Source of the DNA: Patescibacteria group bacterium
GTDB taxonomy: Bacteria > Patescibacteriota > Patescibacteriia > Magasanikbacterales > GWA2-37-8
Direction: 5' to 3'
Assembly (NCBI GenBank): GCA_028705565.1
Contig: JAQWDH010000004.1
Span: 11,728-75,727 of the forward strand
Length of the DNA stretch: 64,000 nucleotides
Shown here: in pieces, positions 18,605-28,515 of the stretch
How positions within the stretch are numbered: position 1 is the first letter of the stretch
How the letters are laid out: each line of letters starts with the position of its first letter
Notes under the pieces: model-generated
Database searches by the model: none
What the model was told of the DNA's origin: nothing
What the model saw: the letters and a program-made list of their open reading frames with translations, nothing else
Made by a program: the position numbers and the translations under genes

Positions 18605-19717
18605 TCATTTTCTGCTCACGCTCAACACCATCCCTGCCGCCGCCATGGCTGTCATTAAAGCCGAACCGCCATGGCTCACAAAAGGCAACGGCACGCCGGT
18701 TAATGGCAAAAGACCGATAATTGAACCTATGTTTAAAAACGCCTGACCCGCGAACCAAACCGCTATGCCACCGACCAAAAGATATGAAAAATCATCCGGC
18801 GCTCTGCGCGCAAGTTTCATCGCGCGCGCGGAAATTAACAATATCAATAAAACAAAAAGTGAAGAAAAAACAAAACCGATTTCTTCCGCCACAACCGCAA
18901 AAATGGAATCCGCGTTTACTTCCGGCAAATACTGAAATTTTTGCCTTGATTTTCCCAAACCCAACCCCCACCAACCGCCCGAACCTACGGCTAAATACGC
19001 TTGCTTGATTTGATAACCGTACTTTTGCGGGTCAAGCTCCGGATTTAAAAAAGTTTCAATTCTCTGCTTTCCGCGCGTGGAAGAAAAAATCAAAGCCGAA
19101 AAAACCAAAACGCCTACGATTCCCAAAACCAAAAAACGCGACATTGAAATTTTTGACAAAAACAAAACGGAAAAAGCGATTATTGATAAAATAAAAAATG
19201 TCCCAATATCCGGCTGTAAGGCAACTAAAACCAAAATCGGAGCCATGATTGAAATTGGCGGCAAAAGTTCCGCATACCAACCAGACGTTGAGCCGTATTG
19301 GTTTTTATTTTTATTGGAAAGCACGCTCGCCAACGCGGCTATAAGCCCAAGCTTAGCCAATTCAGACGGCTGAAAACTACCATACTTTCCCAAATCCAAC
19401 CAGCTGCGCGAGCCATTCATCACCTTCCCGATTTCTGGAATAAAAACCAGAATCAACAAAACAAAGGAAAGTCCATAAATAATCCATCCGATTTTTTGCA
19501 TTTTTTCAGAACCAAGCCGGAAAAAAAACAATAACAACGCCAAGCCGGGAAAAAAACCGGAAATAATTTGTTTTTTCAAATAAAAAAGCGCGTCGCTGAA
19601 TTTTGTATATCCCAAAGGCGCGCTCGCAGACGCAAGCATCACCAACCCGACAGCTATCAAAATAAAAATATAAATTAAAAACCGACGGTCCGCTTTCCGT
19701 TTGGTTTCAGTTCGCAT
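18605..19717 (-). CDS. ftsW: SEDS-family peptidoglycan polymerase (FtsW/RodA)
   Basis: 10-TM SEDS architecture with conserved PEAHTDFIF-like region (IPEIGK.., LPEVNADSIFAVV); could equally be rodA. Confidence 0.75.
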   Translation of the reverse strand: MRTETKRKADRRFLIYIFILIAVGLVMLASASAPLGYTKFSDALFYLKKQIISGFFPGLALLLFFFRLGSEKMQKIGWIIYGLSFVLLILVFIPEIGKVMNGSRSWLDLGKYGSFQPSELAKLGLIAALASVLSNKNKNQYGSTSGWYAELLPPISIMAPILVLVALQPDIGTFFILSIIAFSVLFLSKISMSRFLVLGIVGVLVFSALIFSSTRGKQRIETFLNPELDPQKYGYQIKQAYLAVGSGGWWGLGLGKSRQKFQYLPEVNADSIFAVVAEEIGFVFSSLFVLLILLISARAMKLARRAPDDFSYLLVGGIAVWFAGQAFLNIGSIIGLLPLTGVPLPFVSHGGSALMTAMAAAGMVLSVSRK

Positions 19718-19725
19718 ATTTTACA

Positions 19726-20079
19726 TTAAGCGTTAAGTCCGGCGATAAGAATTGAAAATGCTATTATTATCAACTGCGTCGCCAGAGCGAACAAATTCAA
19801 AATTCGCGCCAAAAATTTATCTGCTCTGTAAATCAAAAAAGAAAAACAAAAATTCACCGCTAAAATCAAAAGTCCGAAAAGAGGAGCGTAAAATATGTTC
19901 CACCAATCCCCCACCAAATCAACCCCGAAAATTATATTATAATGCAAAAAAACCTGCTCCGCGCCGGGTTTTATGTTAAAAAAAAGATACAACCAAATAA
20001 AAATTTGCGACAAAACAGACCCCGCGAACGGCGCCGCTATCCATAAATCGCGAAAATACAATTTTATCGGATAAAACAT
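19726..20079 (-). CDS. Hypothetical small membrane protein
   Basis: Four hydrophobic segments; no motif. Confidence 0.35.
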   Translation of the reverse strand: MFYPIKLYFRDLWIAAPFAGSVLSQIFIWLYLFFNIKPGAEQVFLHYNIIFGVDLVGDWWNIFYAPLFGLLILAVNFCFSFLIYRADKFLARILNLFALATQLIIIAFSILIAGLNA

Positions 20080-20123
20080 ACTGGAATAATTATAACATAA
20101 AAAAAAATCTTATTCAATTTGAA

Positions 20124-20873
20124 TTGCCATTGATAAAAAATTCTGCTACAATATCCTTATCTATGCGAAAAAGCGTTTTGGAAAAAATAGAAAGAGCGGA
20201 AATAGTTGAACCGCCTTTGGAAGAAATCACAAGGAATTATTCAAAGTATTCCGGATTCAAAAAGGGGTGCCTTACCGGCTGCGCGAGCGTCGTGATTTTT
20301 ATCATCGGCGTTTTTATTTTTTTACGCTGGGCCGCCGGACCTGGACCGCAGACACTCAAAAAAATCCCGCCGGAATTTCCGTCAAGCATTCCTGTTTACG
20401 ACCCGAATAACGTGGAGACCATCACTTTTATTTCCGGAAAATATAAAAATCGCGGCATAGAAATCGCCGCCTTCTTTCCAAAAATCATTCTTTCGCCTTT
20501 GTTTTTTAACATAGAAAAAGGAAATGAAACAGGTGAAGAAAAAAAAGATAAAAACGCCGTCGCGTCAATAAAAAACATCTGGAAAGTCATCACGACTCCG
20601 GTCGGCGACCATCGCGATACGATAAGAATAGAGTGGCGCGACCTTACCACTGAACGCAATTTTGTTATTTCTTATTACAGATACAAACTCCAGCAAGCCG
20701 GTTTTCAAATTGATGTGGAAAGCGAAAGCGACATAATGCAACAATTTTCTTTCAGCCGCGAAGACGGAATCACGGGTTCGTTTTTTGTGGAAAACGAAAA
20801 TAAAGAAAAAAAAGGAACCGACTACGCCGTTCTGACGGTGAATATCTCTACGCCAGCGGAAGAAAAGAAATAA
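20124..20873 (+). CDS. Hypothetical membrane-anchored protein
   Basis: One TM then a soluble domain; the start may be the internal Met (MRKSVLEK). Confidence 0.35.
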   Translation: MPLIKNSATISLSMRKSVLEKIERAEIVEPPLEEITRNYSKYSGFKKGCLTGCASVVIFIIGVFIFLRWAAGPGPQTLKKIPPEFPSSIPVYDPNNVETITFISGKYKNRGIEIAAFFPKIILSPLFFNIEKGNETGEEKKDKNAVASIKNIWKVITTPVGDHRDTIRIEWRDLTTERNFVISYYRYKLQQAGFQIDVESESDIMQQFSFSREDGITGSFFVENENKEKKGTDYAVLTVNISTPAEEKK

Positions 20874-20877
20874 TTTT

Positions 20878-22497
20878 ATGTTTTCTAAAATCATCAACGG
20901 GCAATCAAAAACAATCACCGGCGCCGCGATTATTATCGGCGGAGCGACTTTAATCAGCCGGCTGGTCGGACTCGCGCGCGACAGAATCTTCGCGCATTCT
21001 TTTGGCGCCGGCCAGATTATGGACGCTTATTACGCAGCTTTTAAAATTCCAGACCTTGTTTATAATTTGCTTATTTTGGGAGCGCTTACGGCCGGGTTTA
21101 TTCCTGTTTTCATAAAAATCTACGAAAAAGACGAAAACAAACAAGCGGCTTGGAAATTCGTAAATAACATCATCAACATCATCGGTGTCGCCATTATCGC
21201 GTTGTGCGGTCTTGGCATAATATTCGCTCCTCATCTTTCATCAATAATAGCCCCCGGTTTCGGAGAAGAAGCAAAAAATTTTACGGCTCAATTCACGCGT
21301 ATAATGTTTTTATCGCCGATACTGCTCGGATTTTCAATGACTTTTGGAGGTGTTTTGCAATCTCTCCGCCGTTTCGCGGCTTATTCTCTCGCGCCGATTT
21401 TTTACAATTTGGGCATTATCGCCGGCACTGTGATTTTATTTCCGATTATCGGAGCAACCGGACTTGCTTGGGGAGTGGTCTTGGGAGCATTGCTTCATTT
21501 TATTCTGCAAGCATACGCCGCGCGCAAAGCCGGATTTCGCTGGCGCTGGGGATTTAATTTAAAAGACAAAGAAACATGGCTGGTAGGAAAATTAATGATA
21601 CCGCGCGCGTTAGGATTGGCGTTGAATCAGGTAAGCATTTTTGTTGTGACGATTTTAGCGTCGCTTCTTCCTTCCGGAAGCGTATCGGTTTATAATTTTG
21701 CGAGTAACCTGCAAGCAGCGCCAATCGGCATAATCGGAATTCCATTCGCGTTGGCGGTTTTTCCCGCGCTTTCCTCGGCGGCGGCTGAAAACAATAAAGA
21801 AAAATTTATTCAAAACCTTTCGTCCACAACACGACAGATACTTTTTTTGGTCATACCGTGTTCAATTTTGATTTTGCTTTTACGCGCGCAAATCGTGCGC
21901 GTTGTTTTGGGAAGCGGAGCTTTTGATTGGAACGCGACAATTGCCACAGCAGACGCTTTGGCCTTATTCTCTTTGAGCTTGTTTTCGCAATCGCTGATTC
22001 CGCTTTTCGCGCGCGCTTTTTATTCACTTTCCAACACAAAAACGCCTTTTATTATCGGTGTGATAGCGGAACTTATCGGCATCATCGCCGCGTTGATTTT
22101 AATGAAACCGCTGGGTGTGGCTGGTTTGGCTTTAGCTTTTTCTTGCGCTTCAATCATAAATTTTTCCATTTTGACAATAGCTTTGCGACAGACGCTGAAA
22201 GGCATGGATGAAGAAAATTTATTGAATTTTATTTTTAGAGTGATAATAGCCGGAATTGTTATGGCAATCATTGTGCAAATTTTAAAATATCCTTTGGCCG
22301 CGATTTTCAATCAGCAATATCTTTGGGGAATTTTGGGGCAAGGTTTTATCGCCGGTTCGGCAGGGCTGGTTATTTACGGATTTTTATGTTATATCTTAAA
22401 GGTGCCGGAATTTATGCAGTTCAAAGATAGCTTTAAGAAAAAATGGCTCAGATTGAAAAATGTCCAACCGGCGGAAATTATGGAGGGAAAAGAATGA
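20878..22497 (+). CDS. murJ: Lipid II flippase MurJ (MviN)
   Basis: 14-TM MOP family pattern; 539 aa. Confidence 0.8.
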   Translation: MFSKIINGQSKTITGAAIIIGGATLISRLVGLARDRIFAHSFGAGQIMDAYYAAFKIPDLVYNLLILGALTAGFIPVFIKIYEKDENKQAAWKFVNNIINIIGVAIIALCGLGIIFAPHLSSIIAPGFGEEAKNFTAQFTRIMFLSPILLGFSMTFGGVLQSLRRFAAYSLAPIFYNLGIIAGTVILFPIIGATGLAWGVVLGALLHFILQAYAARKAGFRWRWGFNLKDKETWLVGKLMIPRALGLALNQVSIFVVTILASLLPSGSVSVYNFASNLQAAPIGIIGIPFALAVFPALSSAAAENNKEKFIQNLSSTTRQILFLVIPCSILILLLRAQIVRVVLGSGAFDWNATIATADALALFSLSLFSQSLIPLFARAFYSLSNTKTPFIIGVIAELIGIIAALILMKPLGVAGLALAFSCASIINFSILTIALRQTLKGMDEENLLNFIFRVIIAGIVMAIIVQILKYPLAAIFNQQYLWGILGQGFIAGSAGLVIYGFLCYILKVPEFMQFKDSFKKKWLRLKNVQPAEIMEGKE

Positions 22498-24347
22498 TTA
22501 TGAATTCAAATGTTCGCAATTTTTGCATTATAGCTCACATAGACCACGGAAAGTCCACTTTGGCGGACCGTTTTTTGGAATTGACAGGAACCGTTTCCAA
22601 ACGGGACATGAAAAATCAAATTTTGGATTCAATGGATTTGGAAAGGGAAAGAGGAATTACAATTAAACTCACGCCGGTGAGGATGAAATATGAACTTAAA
22701 AATCCAAATTATAAATTCCAAGCTCCAAACAACCACCAAGTGGGCGCGCAAAATTCTGAATTCATTTTAAATTTAATAGACACCCCCGGTCATGTTGATT
22801 TTAATTATGAAGTTTCCCGTTCTCTGGCTGCCGTGGAAGGAGCCGTGCTTTTGGTTGACGCGACGCAAGGCGTGCAAGCGCAGACAATCGCGAATCTTTA
22901 TTTAGCTTTGGAGCAAAACCTTGTAATTATTCCGGTTATAAATAAAATAGACATGCCGATAGCGGATGTGAAAAAAACAAAAGCGGAAATTATTCATCTT
23001 TTGGGATGCGAGGAGGATGAAATTCTCCTGACTTCCGCCAAAACAGGAGAGGGTGTGGATGAAATTCTACAAGCTGTGATTAAACTCGTTCCTCCACCGA
23101 CTGACAATTCGTCCGCGCCGCCGAGAGCTTTAATTTTTGATTCAGAATATAATGATTATAAAGGCGTTGTCGCGTCTGTCAGAATCGTTGATGGGGAATT
23201 AAAAAAGGGAGATAAAATTTATTTAATGACGACAAAAACGCCGGCTGAAATTTTGGAAATCGGATATTACACTCCCAAATTCACGCCGTCAGAAAAATTA
23301 GCTAACGGAGAGATAGGGTATGTCGTCACAGGACTTAAAGAAGTGCGTGATTGCCGTGTCGGCGATACGATTACTTCGGCCGTAAAAAACGCCGAATCCC
23401 CCCTCCCCGGCTATAAAGAAACCAAGCCGATGGTTTTTGCCGGCATTTTTCCGAAAGAAGGAGACGCTTATCAAGAATTGCGCGAAGCGATTGAAAAACT
23501 CAAATTAAATGATGCTTCTCTGTCTTACGAACCGGAAAAATCGCAGGCGCTCGGTTTCGGTTTCAGATGCGGATTCTTGGGTATGCTTCATCTTGATATT
23601 TTTCAAGAACGGCTCCGCCGCGAACACAATTTGGAAATTGTAATTACAACGCCGAGCGTTGCTTATAAATTGTTAAAAACAGGCGGAGAAGAAATAACAA
23701 TACGCGGACCGCAAGAAATGCCGGACGCGTCGCGTATACAAAAAGCATACGAACCAATTATGTTTTTGGATATCATCACTCCGGCGGATTTTGTCGGCAA
23801 TGTGATGGGATTGATTTCCGAACGCCGAGGAAGATATTTAAACACGGAATATCTTAGCGCCGGTTCAGGACAACGCGCGCTTTTGCATTATGAAATTCCT
23901 CTGGCATCTCTTATCACGGATTTTTATGATAAACTTAAAACCGTGACTTCAGGATACGCTTCCATGAATTATGAATTCAAAGAATACACTGAAACTGATA
24001 TTGTAAAATTGGATATTTTCGTAGCCGATGAACCAGTGGAAGCTCTTTCAACTTTGGTGTGGAGGGAAGAATCATACAAAACAGGCAAAAAAATCGTTGA
24101 ATCGCTAAAAGAAACTTTGCCGCGCCAGCAATTCGCGCTTAAAATTCAAGCGGCAATCGGGGGTAAAATAATCGCCGCCGAACGGCTTTCCGCTTTGCGA
24201 AAAGATGTGCTGGCGAAAATGAGCGGAGGAGATTACACGCGTAAATTGAAACTTCTGCAAAAACAGAAAAAAGGCAAAAAAAAGTTGATCGCAAGCGGCA
24301 AAGTTGACATCCCGACAGAATCATATCTCGCGGTTCTCAAACGATAA
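22494..24347 (+). CDS. lepA: Elongation factor 4 (LepA)
   Basis: G1 AHIDHGKST, G3 DTPGHVDF, G4 NKID, LepA-specific C-terminal domain. GGAGG lies 8 nt upstream of ATG 22494, which overlaps the murJ stop (ATGA). Confidence 0.9.
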   Translation: MIMNSNVRNFCIIAHIDHGKSTLADRFLELTGTVSKRDMKNQILDSMDLERERGITIKLTPVRMKYELKNPNYKFQAPNNHQVGAQNSEFILNLIDTPGHVDFNYEVSRSLAAVEGAVLLVDATQGVQAQTIANLYLALEQNLVIIPVINKIDMPIADVKKTKAEIIHLLGCEEDEILLTSAKTGEGVDEILQAVIKLVPPPTDNSSAPPRALIFDSEYNDYKGVVASVRIVDGELKKGDKIYLMTTKTPAEILEIGYYTPKFTPSEKLANGEIGYVVTGLKEVRDCRVGDTITSAVKNAESPLPGYKETKPMVFAGIFPKEGDAYQELREAIEKLKLNDASLSYEPEKSQALGFGFRCGFLGMLHLDIFQERLRREHNLEIVITTPSVAYKLLKTGGEEITIRGPQEMPDASRIQKAYEPIMFLDIITPADFVGNVMGLISERRGRYLNTEYLSAGSGQRALLHYEIPLASLITDFYDKLKTVTSGYASMNYEFKEYTETDIVKLDIFVADEPVEALSTLVWREESYKTGKKIVESLKETLPRQQFALKIQAAIGGKIIAAERLSALRKDVLAKMSGGDYTRKLKLLQKQKKGKKKLIASGKVDIPTESYLAVLKR

Positions 24348-24388
24348 ACAACAATGAGTTGATTTATTTTACTCATCACTTCAAAAAT

Positions 24389-24484
24389 ATGAAACCGAAA
24401 ACAGCTAAACGAATCTGGACGGTGATATCCGTTCTCGGCATCGTCGCGATGCTATTTTTTACAATCATGCCAATTTTTCAATAA
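24389..24484 (+). CDS. Possible small hydrophobic peptide (31 aa), not in the ORF track
   Basis: MKPKTAKRIWTVISVLGIVAMLFFTIMPIFQ*; a single TM helix with a positive N-terminus. Confidence 0.25.
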   Translation: MKPKTAKRIWTVISVLGIVAMLFFTIMPIFQ

Positions 24485-24495
24485 TTTTATTTTTT

Positions 24496-24900
24496 ATGAA
24501 AATTCTGCGCCAATACCAACTTGACATCGTTTTTCTTTTTTTCGCGACAATGGTTATCTTGGGAGTTTTTTTCTTTATGCTGGAATATTTCGGAGCTAAC
24601 CCGCAAGATTATGAATGGATTATCGGCGCGCCACTCATCACTTTTTATTGCGTTAACCTTTGGAACGTAAGACAAAAAATAAACATCTCGGACAGAAGAA
24701 AAATGACTACAAAAAGTTTGGTTTATTGGATAACTTTCGGAATTATTCTTTTTGAAACGTATTCAAATCCGCTTTCAGTTAGAGAATACTTGTCTCTTAA
24801 TTTATTATTTGTCGCTTTTACCGTTTTTCTGGCCGACTCTTATTGGGATTTCAAAAAAATAACTTTTAAGGACATTTTTTGTAAAAAAAATTATGAGTAA
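24496..24900 (+). CDS. Hypothetical membrane protein
   Basis: Four hydrophobic helices; 8-nt overlap with recJ. Confidence 0.35.
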   Translation: MKILRQYQLDIVFLFFATMVILGVFFFMLEYFGANPQDYEWIIGAPLITFYCVNLWNVRQKINISDRRKMTTKSLVYWITFGIILFETYSNPLSVREYLSLNLLFVAFTVFLADSYWDFKKITFKDIFCKKNYE

Positions 24901-26674
24901 AACGTGGCAAATATCGCCTGAACCGCCAATTGATTTTTTAAGTTCCCATCCCGAGCTTCCTCCTATTGTGGCGCGTCTGCTTTGGAATAGAAATTTCAAG
25001 ACGCAGGAGGAAATAGACGAATTCTTAAACCCTGATTATTCCGTAGACATCCACGACCCTTATCTTTTCAAAAACATGACGAAAGCCGTGAATATTATTT
25101 TTCAAGCGATTGAAAAAAAACAAAAAATCACGGTTCACGGCGACTATGACGCTGACGGAGTTTGCGCGGCTGTTATTTTAGTCAGCTGTTTAAAAAAAAT
25201 CGGAGCAGAAAATGTCAATGTTTTTCTTCCGCATCGTGAAATAGACGGTTATGGATTAAACGCCAATACTGTTGAATTTTTAAAAAAAGAAGGAACCGAA
25301 TTGATTATCACTTGCGATTGCGGAATCAGCAACGCCGATGAAGTCGCCATTGCCAAAAAATCAGGAATGAAGGTTATTATTACCGACCACCACACGGTTC
25401 CTTCCATAATTCCGGAAGCGGACGCGATTATCCATCCGAAATTGCCGGACGAAAAATATCCTGACAAGGGTCTGGCGGGAGGTGGCGTGGCTTTCAAACT
25501 TGCGCAAGGAATTTTAAAAAAACACAAAGAAAAAAACGATAAATTGACGGATGGACAAAACCATGAAAGTTTTGAAAAATGGTCGCTTGATTTGGTGGCG
25601 ATTTCAACCGTCGGAGATATGGTGCCGTTGCGCGGAGAATCCCGCACGCTTACCCGCTACGGACTTACGGTTCTCAATAAAACAAAAAATTTAGGCTTGC
25701 AAAAATTACTTGCCACGTCAGGTTTGGCGGATGAAAACAATCGGCCAAAACGCGGCGCGTATGATTCTTTCACCATCGGATTTCAAATCGCCCCGCGATT
25801 AAACGCGGCAGGAAGAATGGACCACGCTAATTCGGCTTACGCTTTGTTGTCCGCGGAAAAAATCGCCGACGCGGAAAAATTGGCAATGCAACTCAATCAA
25901 AATAACAGCGAACGCCAACAGCTTACGGAACTGATTGTAAATCAAGCGAAAAAACAAATAGAAAAAACCGGACAAAAAGACAATCCGGCGCTTTTCGCGT
26001 TTGAAGAAAATTGGCCCGCCGGAGTTATCGGCCTCGTGGCAGGTAAAATCAAAGACGAATACTACAAACCGTCCATTATTATGACTTTAAATGATGGTGA
26101 AATCGTCGGCTCCGGACGAAGCATTTATGAATTCAGTCTTATCGCGGCTTTGCAAAGCATGCCGGAATATTTTGAAAAATTCGGAGGACATCCGCAGGCG
26201 TGCGGTTTTACTTTAAAAAAAGACAAGCTGGAAGAATTCAAGCAGGCGTTGATAAAAAAAGCGACTGAAGAAACGACCGGATTAAAACTGGAACCGAAAT
26301 TAACCGTGGACGCGCTGATAAATTTGGAGGATGTTGATTGGAAACTTTACGATTTACTGCAAAAATTTGAACCTTTCGGACAAACAAACGAAGAACCGAC
26401 TTACGCCGCCAAGGGCTTAACGGTTGTAAACATAAATCCGATGGGACAAGACGGAAAACATCTGCGAATAATGGTAAAACACAATTCCAATGTGGTTAAA
26501 AAATTTATAGGGTTCTGGCTTGGAGACGCTGTAAAACATCCTGATAATTGGAAAGGGATATTAAAGCCGGGCGACAAAATTGACTTGGCATTTTCAATCG
26601 GGGTCAACGAATGGAACGGTAACAGAGAATTGGAAATGAAAATTAAAGACATAAAAAAATCCGTCCCGGCTTAA
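24893..26674 (+). CDS. recJ: Single-stranded-DNA-specific exonuclease RecJ
   Basis: DHH motifs (VHGDYDADG, ITDHH) and DHHA1 (GGHPQACG). Confidence 0.85.
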   Translation: MSKTWQISPEPPIDFLSSHPELPPIVARLLWNRNFKTQEEIDEFLNPDYSVDIHDPYLFKNMTKAVNIIFQAIEKKQKITVHGDYDADGVCAAVILVSCLKKIGAENVNVFLPHREIDGYGLNANTVEFLKKEGTELIITCDCGISNADEVAIAKKSGMKVIITDHHTVPSIIPEADAIIHPKLPDEKYPDKGLAGGGVAFKLAQGILKKHKEKNDKLTDGQNHESFEKWSLDLVAISTVGDMVPLRGESRTLTRYGLTVLNKTKNLGLQKLLATSGLADENNRPKRGAYDSFTIGFQIAPRLNAAGRMDHANSAYALLSAEKIADAEKLAMQLNQNNSERQQLTELIVNQAKKQIEKTGQKDNPALFAFEENWPAGVIGLVAGKIKDEYYKPSIIMTLNDGEIVGSGRSIYEFSLIAALQSMPEYFEKFGGHPQACGFTLKKDKLEEFKQALIKKATEETTGLKLEPKLTVDALINLEDVDWKLYDLLQKFEPFGQTNEEPTYAAKGLTVVNINPMGQDGKHLRIMVKHNSNVVKKFIGFWLGDAVKHPDNWKGILKPGDKIDLAFSIGVNEWNGNRELEMKIKDIKKSVPA

Positions 26675-26690
26675 CCGAGGCGGATTTTTT
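26654..26690. terminator. Bidirectional hairpin terminator between recJ and the bPH gene
   Basis: aaaaaatccg...cggatttttt palindrome flanked by A and T runs. Confidence 0.5.
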
Positions 26691-26705
26691 AATATTGCGC
26701 ATTAA

Positions 26706-27239
26706 TTAAATTCCTTGTGTTTTTTGTTGACGAGATCTTTGTATCAACTCATCGCGTAATTGTTCCGCCGCTTCTTTTGACAACCCCGGCAACCTTCCTT
26801 CGGCCCCTGTTCCGCCCGTTGCTCCGTATTTACCAATAACAGCGCTAAATCCAGCTGTCTGAATTTGTAAATCCGACAAACCAAAAATACGCGCGACTAA
26901 CCCGCGGTAAATATCCACATTCTGAATGCGTTCATACGGAATAGTGATATATTTTTTATAAATTACGCCTGATTCTTTTTTAAAACCTATATCATTCAAC
27001 TCGTAAAGATAGAAACGATATTCAAGACGCGCCCAAATATACTGAAAAACGAGCAACACCGGTATTATTAACCAAAATAAATTTAACCAGTTCAAATTTA
27101 ACTCAATTGCCTGTATATCTCTGCTTCTTTCAATCTGAATTGAAACAATAAAAGCGCATATGAATACAACCAAAAAAAGATTGCTAAGCGCATAACGAAC
27201 AAATAAATACCAAACCCATTTTTGATCTAATTGCTTCAT
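26706..27239 (-). CDS. Bacterial PH-domain membrane protein (YdbS/YdbT-like, bPH_2)
   Basis: Two N-terminal TM helices followed by the ...YELNDIGFKKESGVIYKKYITIPYERIQNVDI... pattern. Confidence 0.55.
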   Translation of the reverse strand: MKQLDQKWVWYLFVRYALSNLFLVVFICAFIVSIQIERSRDIQAIELNLNWLNLFWLIIPVLLVFQYIWARLEYRFYLYELNDIGFKKESGVIYKKYITIPYERIQNVDIYRGLVARIFGLSDLQIQTAGFSAVIGKYGATGGTGAEGRLPGLSKEAAEQLRDELIQRSRQQKTQGI

Positions 27240-27241
27240 AA

Positions 27242-27553
27242 TTATCCTCTTATCTCTTTTTCTAAATCATTCCATTTTTTCTTCAAATCTCGTATCAAAA
27301 TATCTTTTAATTCAACCGCCAATTCTTTTTTCGCCGCGTATTCCGCGACAGCTCGTTCAACAAGCGCTTCATACATTTCTTTGGTCGGCCCTTCAAGCTG
27401 TTTAATACTTTCTTTCAATTCATTGTAAAGCGGATTAAAATGCTCTGCCAATTTCGCGCGCATTTCTTTTCCTTTCGGCGTGGCGTTAAGCCACATTAAA
27501 ATGGCTCCCAATACCCCGCCGAAGAAAAGACCTCTCTTAAATGCTTTGCACAT
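27242..27553 (-). CDS. YtxH-like small coiled-coil protein
   Basis: N-terminal hydrophobic stretch then a charged helical region; weak call. Confidence 0.3.
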   Translation of the reverse strand: MCKAFKRGLFFGGVLGAILMWLNATPKGKEMRAKLAEHFNPLYNELKESIKQLEGPTKEMYEALVERAVAEYAAKKELAVELKDILIRDLKKKWNDLEKEIRG

Positions 27554-27642
27554 ATCATTATATTTTAATTTATAAAAAATGTAAATTAACTTTTATATAC
27601 GGAGCCAAATTATCGCTTTTTTATTTTTTAATTACCAAATTT

Positions 27643-28473
27643 TTAACTTTCACATTCAACTCCGGTTGTATCAGATCCTGCGCCAAGTCCGAATCCGGCG
27701 GAAGACGACTGTTCGCTTAATTTTTGTTGGCATTCAGACGGAGGATTGTCAAAAGCCGCGCACACCGCCTGCTTTACGGCTTCTGGAGAACGGTTTGCTT
27801 CCACCTGCGCTCCGTTGATAACCAATGTTGGCGAGCCTTGTACGCCATAAGCATTGTTTTCTTCTTCGTGAACCGGATAAATAGGATAATTACCGCTCAA
27901 CCATGTGCTTTTATCATTATATTTTTCCAAAATGCCAAATTTTTTATTAGTTTGGTTTACGCAAGAATTTAATTTTCCCGTGTCAACTCCGGCTTCGCTT
28001 AAACATATTTTATAATCCCCTTTTCCGACAAAACAATTCATATACGAAATAAACTTGCCGTTTTGTTCAGTTTCAACGCAATATTGCCGCGTATTTTCTT
28101 CAATTTCTTTCATATCGTGCATCGCGTAAGAAACGAATTTTATTTCCATATCCGCTTTGCCTTTTAAAAGTTCCATCACAGGTAAAAACGCTTTTTCCAT
28201 CTGCAATCCGTAAGGACAATAAGACATTATAAATAATTCCGCTTTTGGACGCGCTGATTTGACCGCTTCGGCGGCTAACGCGTTTTGCGTGTTTTTAGAA
28301 TTCAAAACCGCGTTTGCTTTAGCTTTGGCCTGAAAAGACATATTACCGCTCAAAGCCAAAGACCCGAGCACCACAAATCCTATGGTGCAAAGTGTCATAA
28401 CGCCGGCCAAAACGCCTATAACCATAGCGCTTTTCGGCTCCAAAAGGGCAAAAAAATTCTTTTTGTCGTCCAT
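27643..28473 (-). CDS. DsbA-like thioredoxin-fold protein with N-terminal TM; active site reads CPYG (monothiol)
   Basis: SYCPYG then cis-Pro region GSPTLVING; multiple Cys in the C-terminal half. Confidence 0.5.
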   Translation of the reverse strand: MDDKKNFFALLEPKSAMVIGVLAGVMTLCTIGFVVLGSLALSGNMSFQAKAKANAVLNSKNTQNALAAEAVKSARPKAELFIMSYCPYGLQMEKAFLPVMELLKGKADMEIKFVSYAMHDMKEIEENTRQYCVETEQNGKFISYMNCFVGKGDYKICLSEAGVDTGKLNSCVNQTNKKFGILEKYNDKSTWLSGNYPIYPVHEEENNAYGVQGSPTLVINGAQVEANRSPEAVKQAVCAAFDNPPSECQQKLSEQSSSAGFGLGAGSDTTGVECES

Positions 28474-28515
28474 ATGATTAAATTATTTTATATTTATCTT
28501 AATTGTATATCAATT

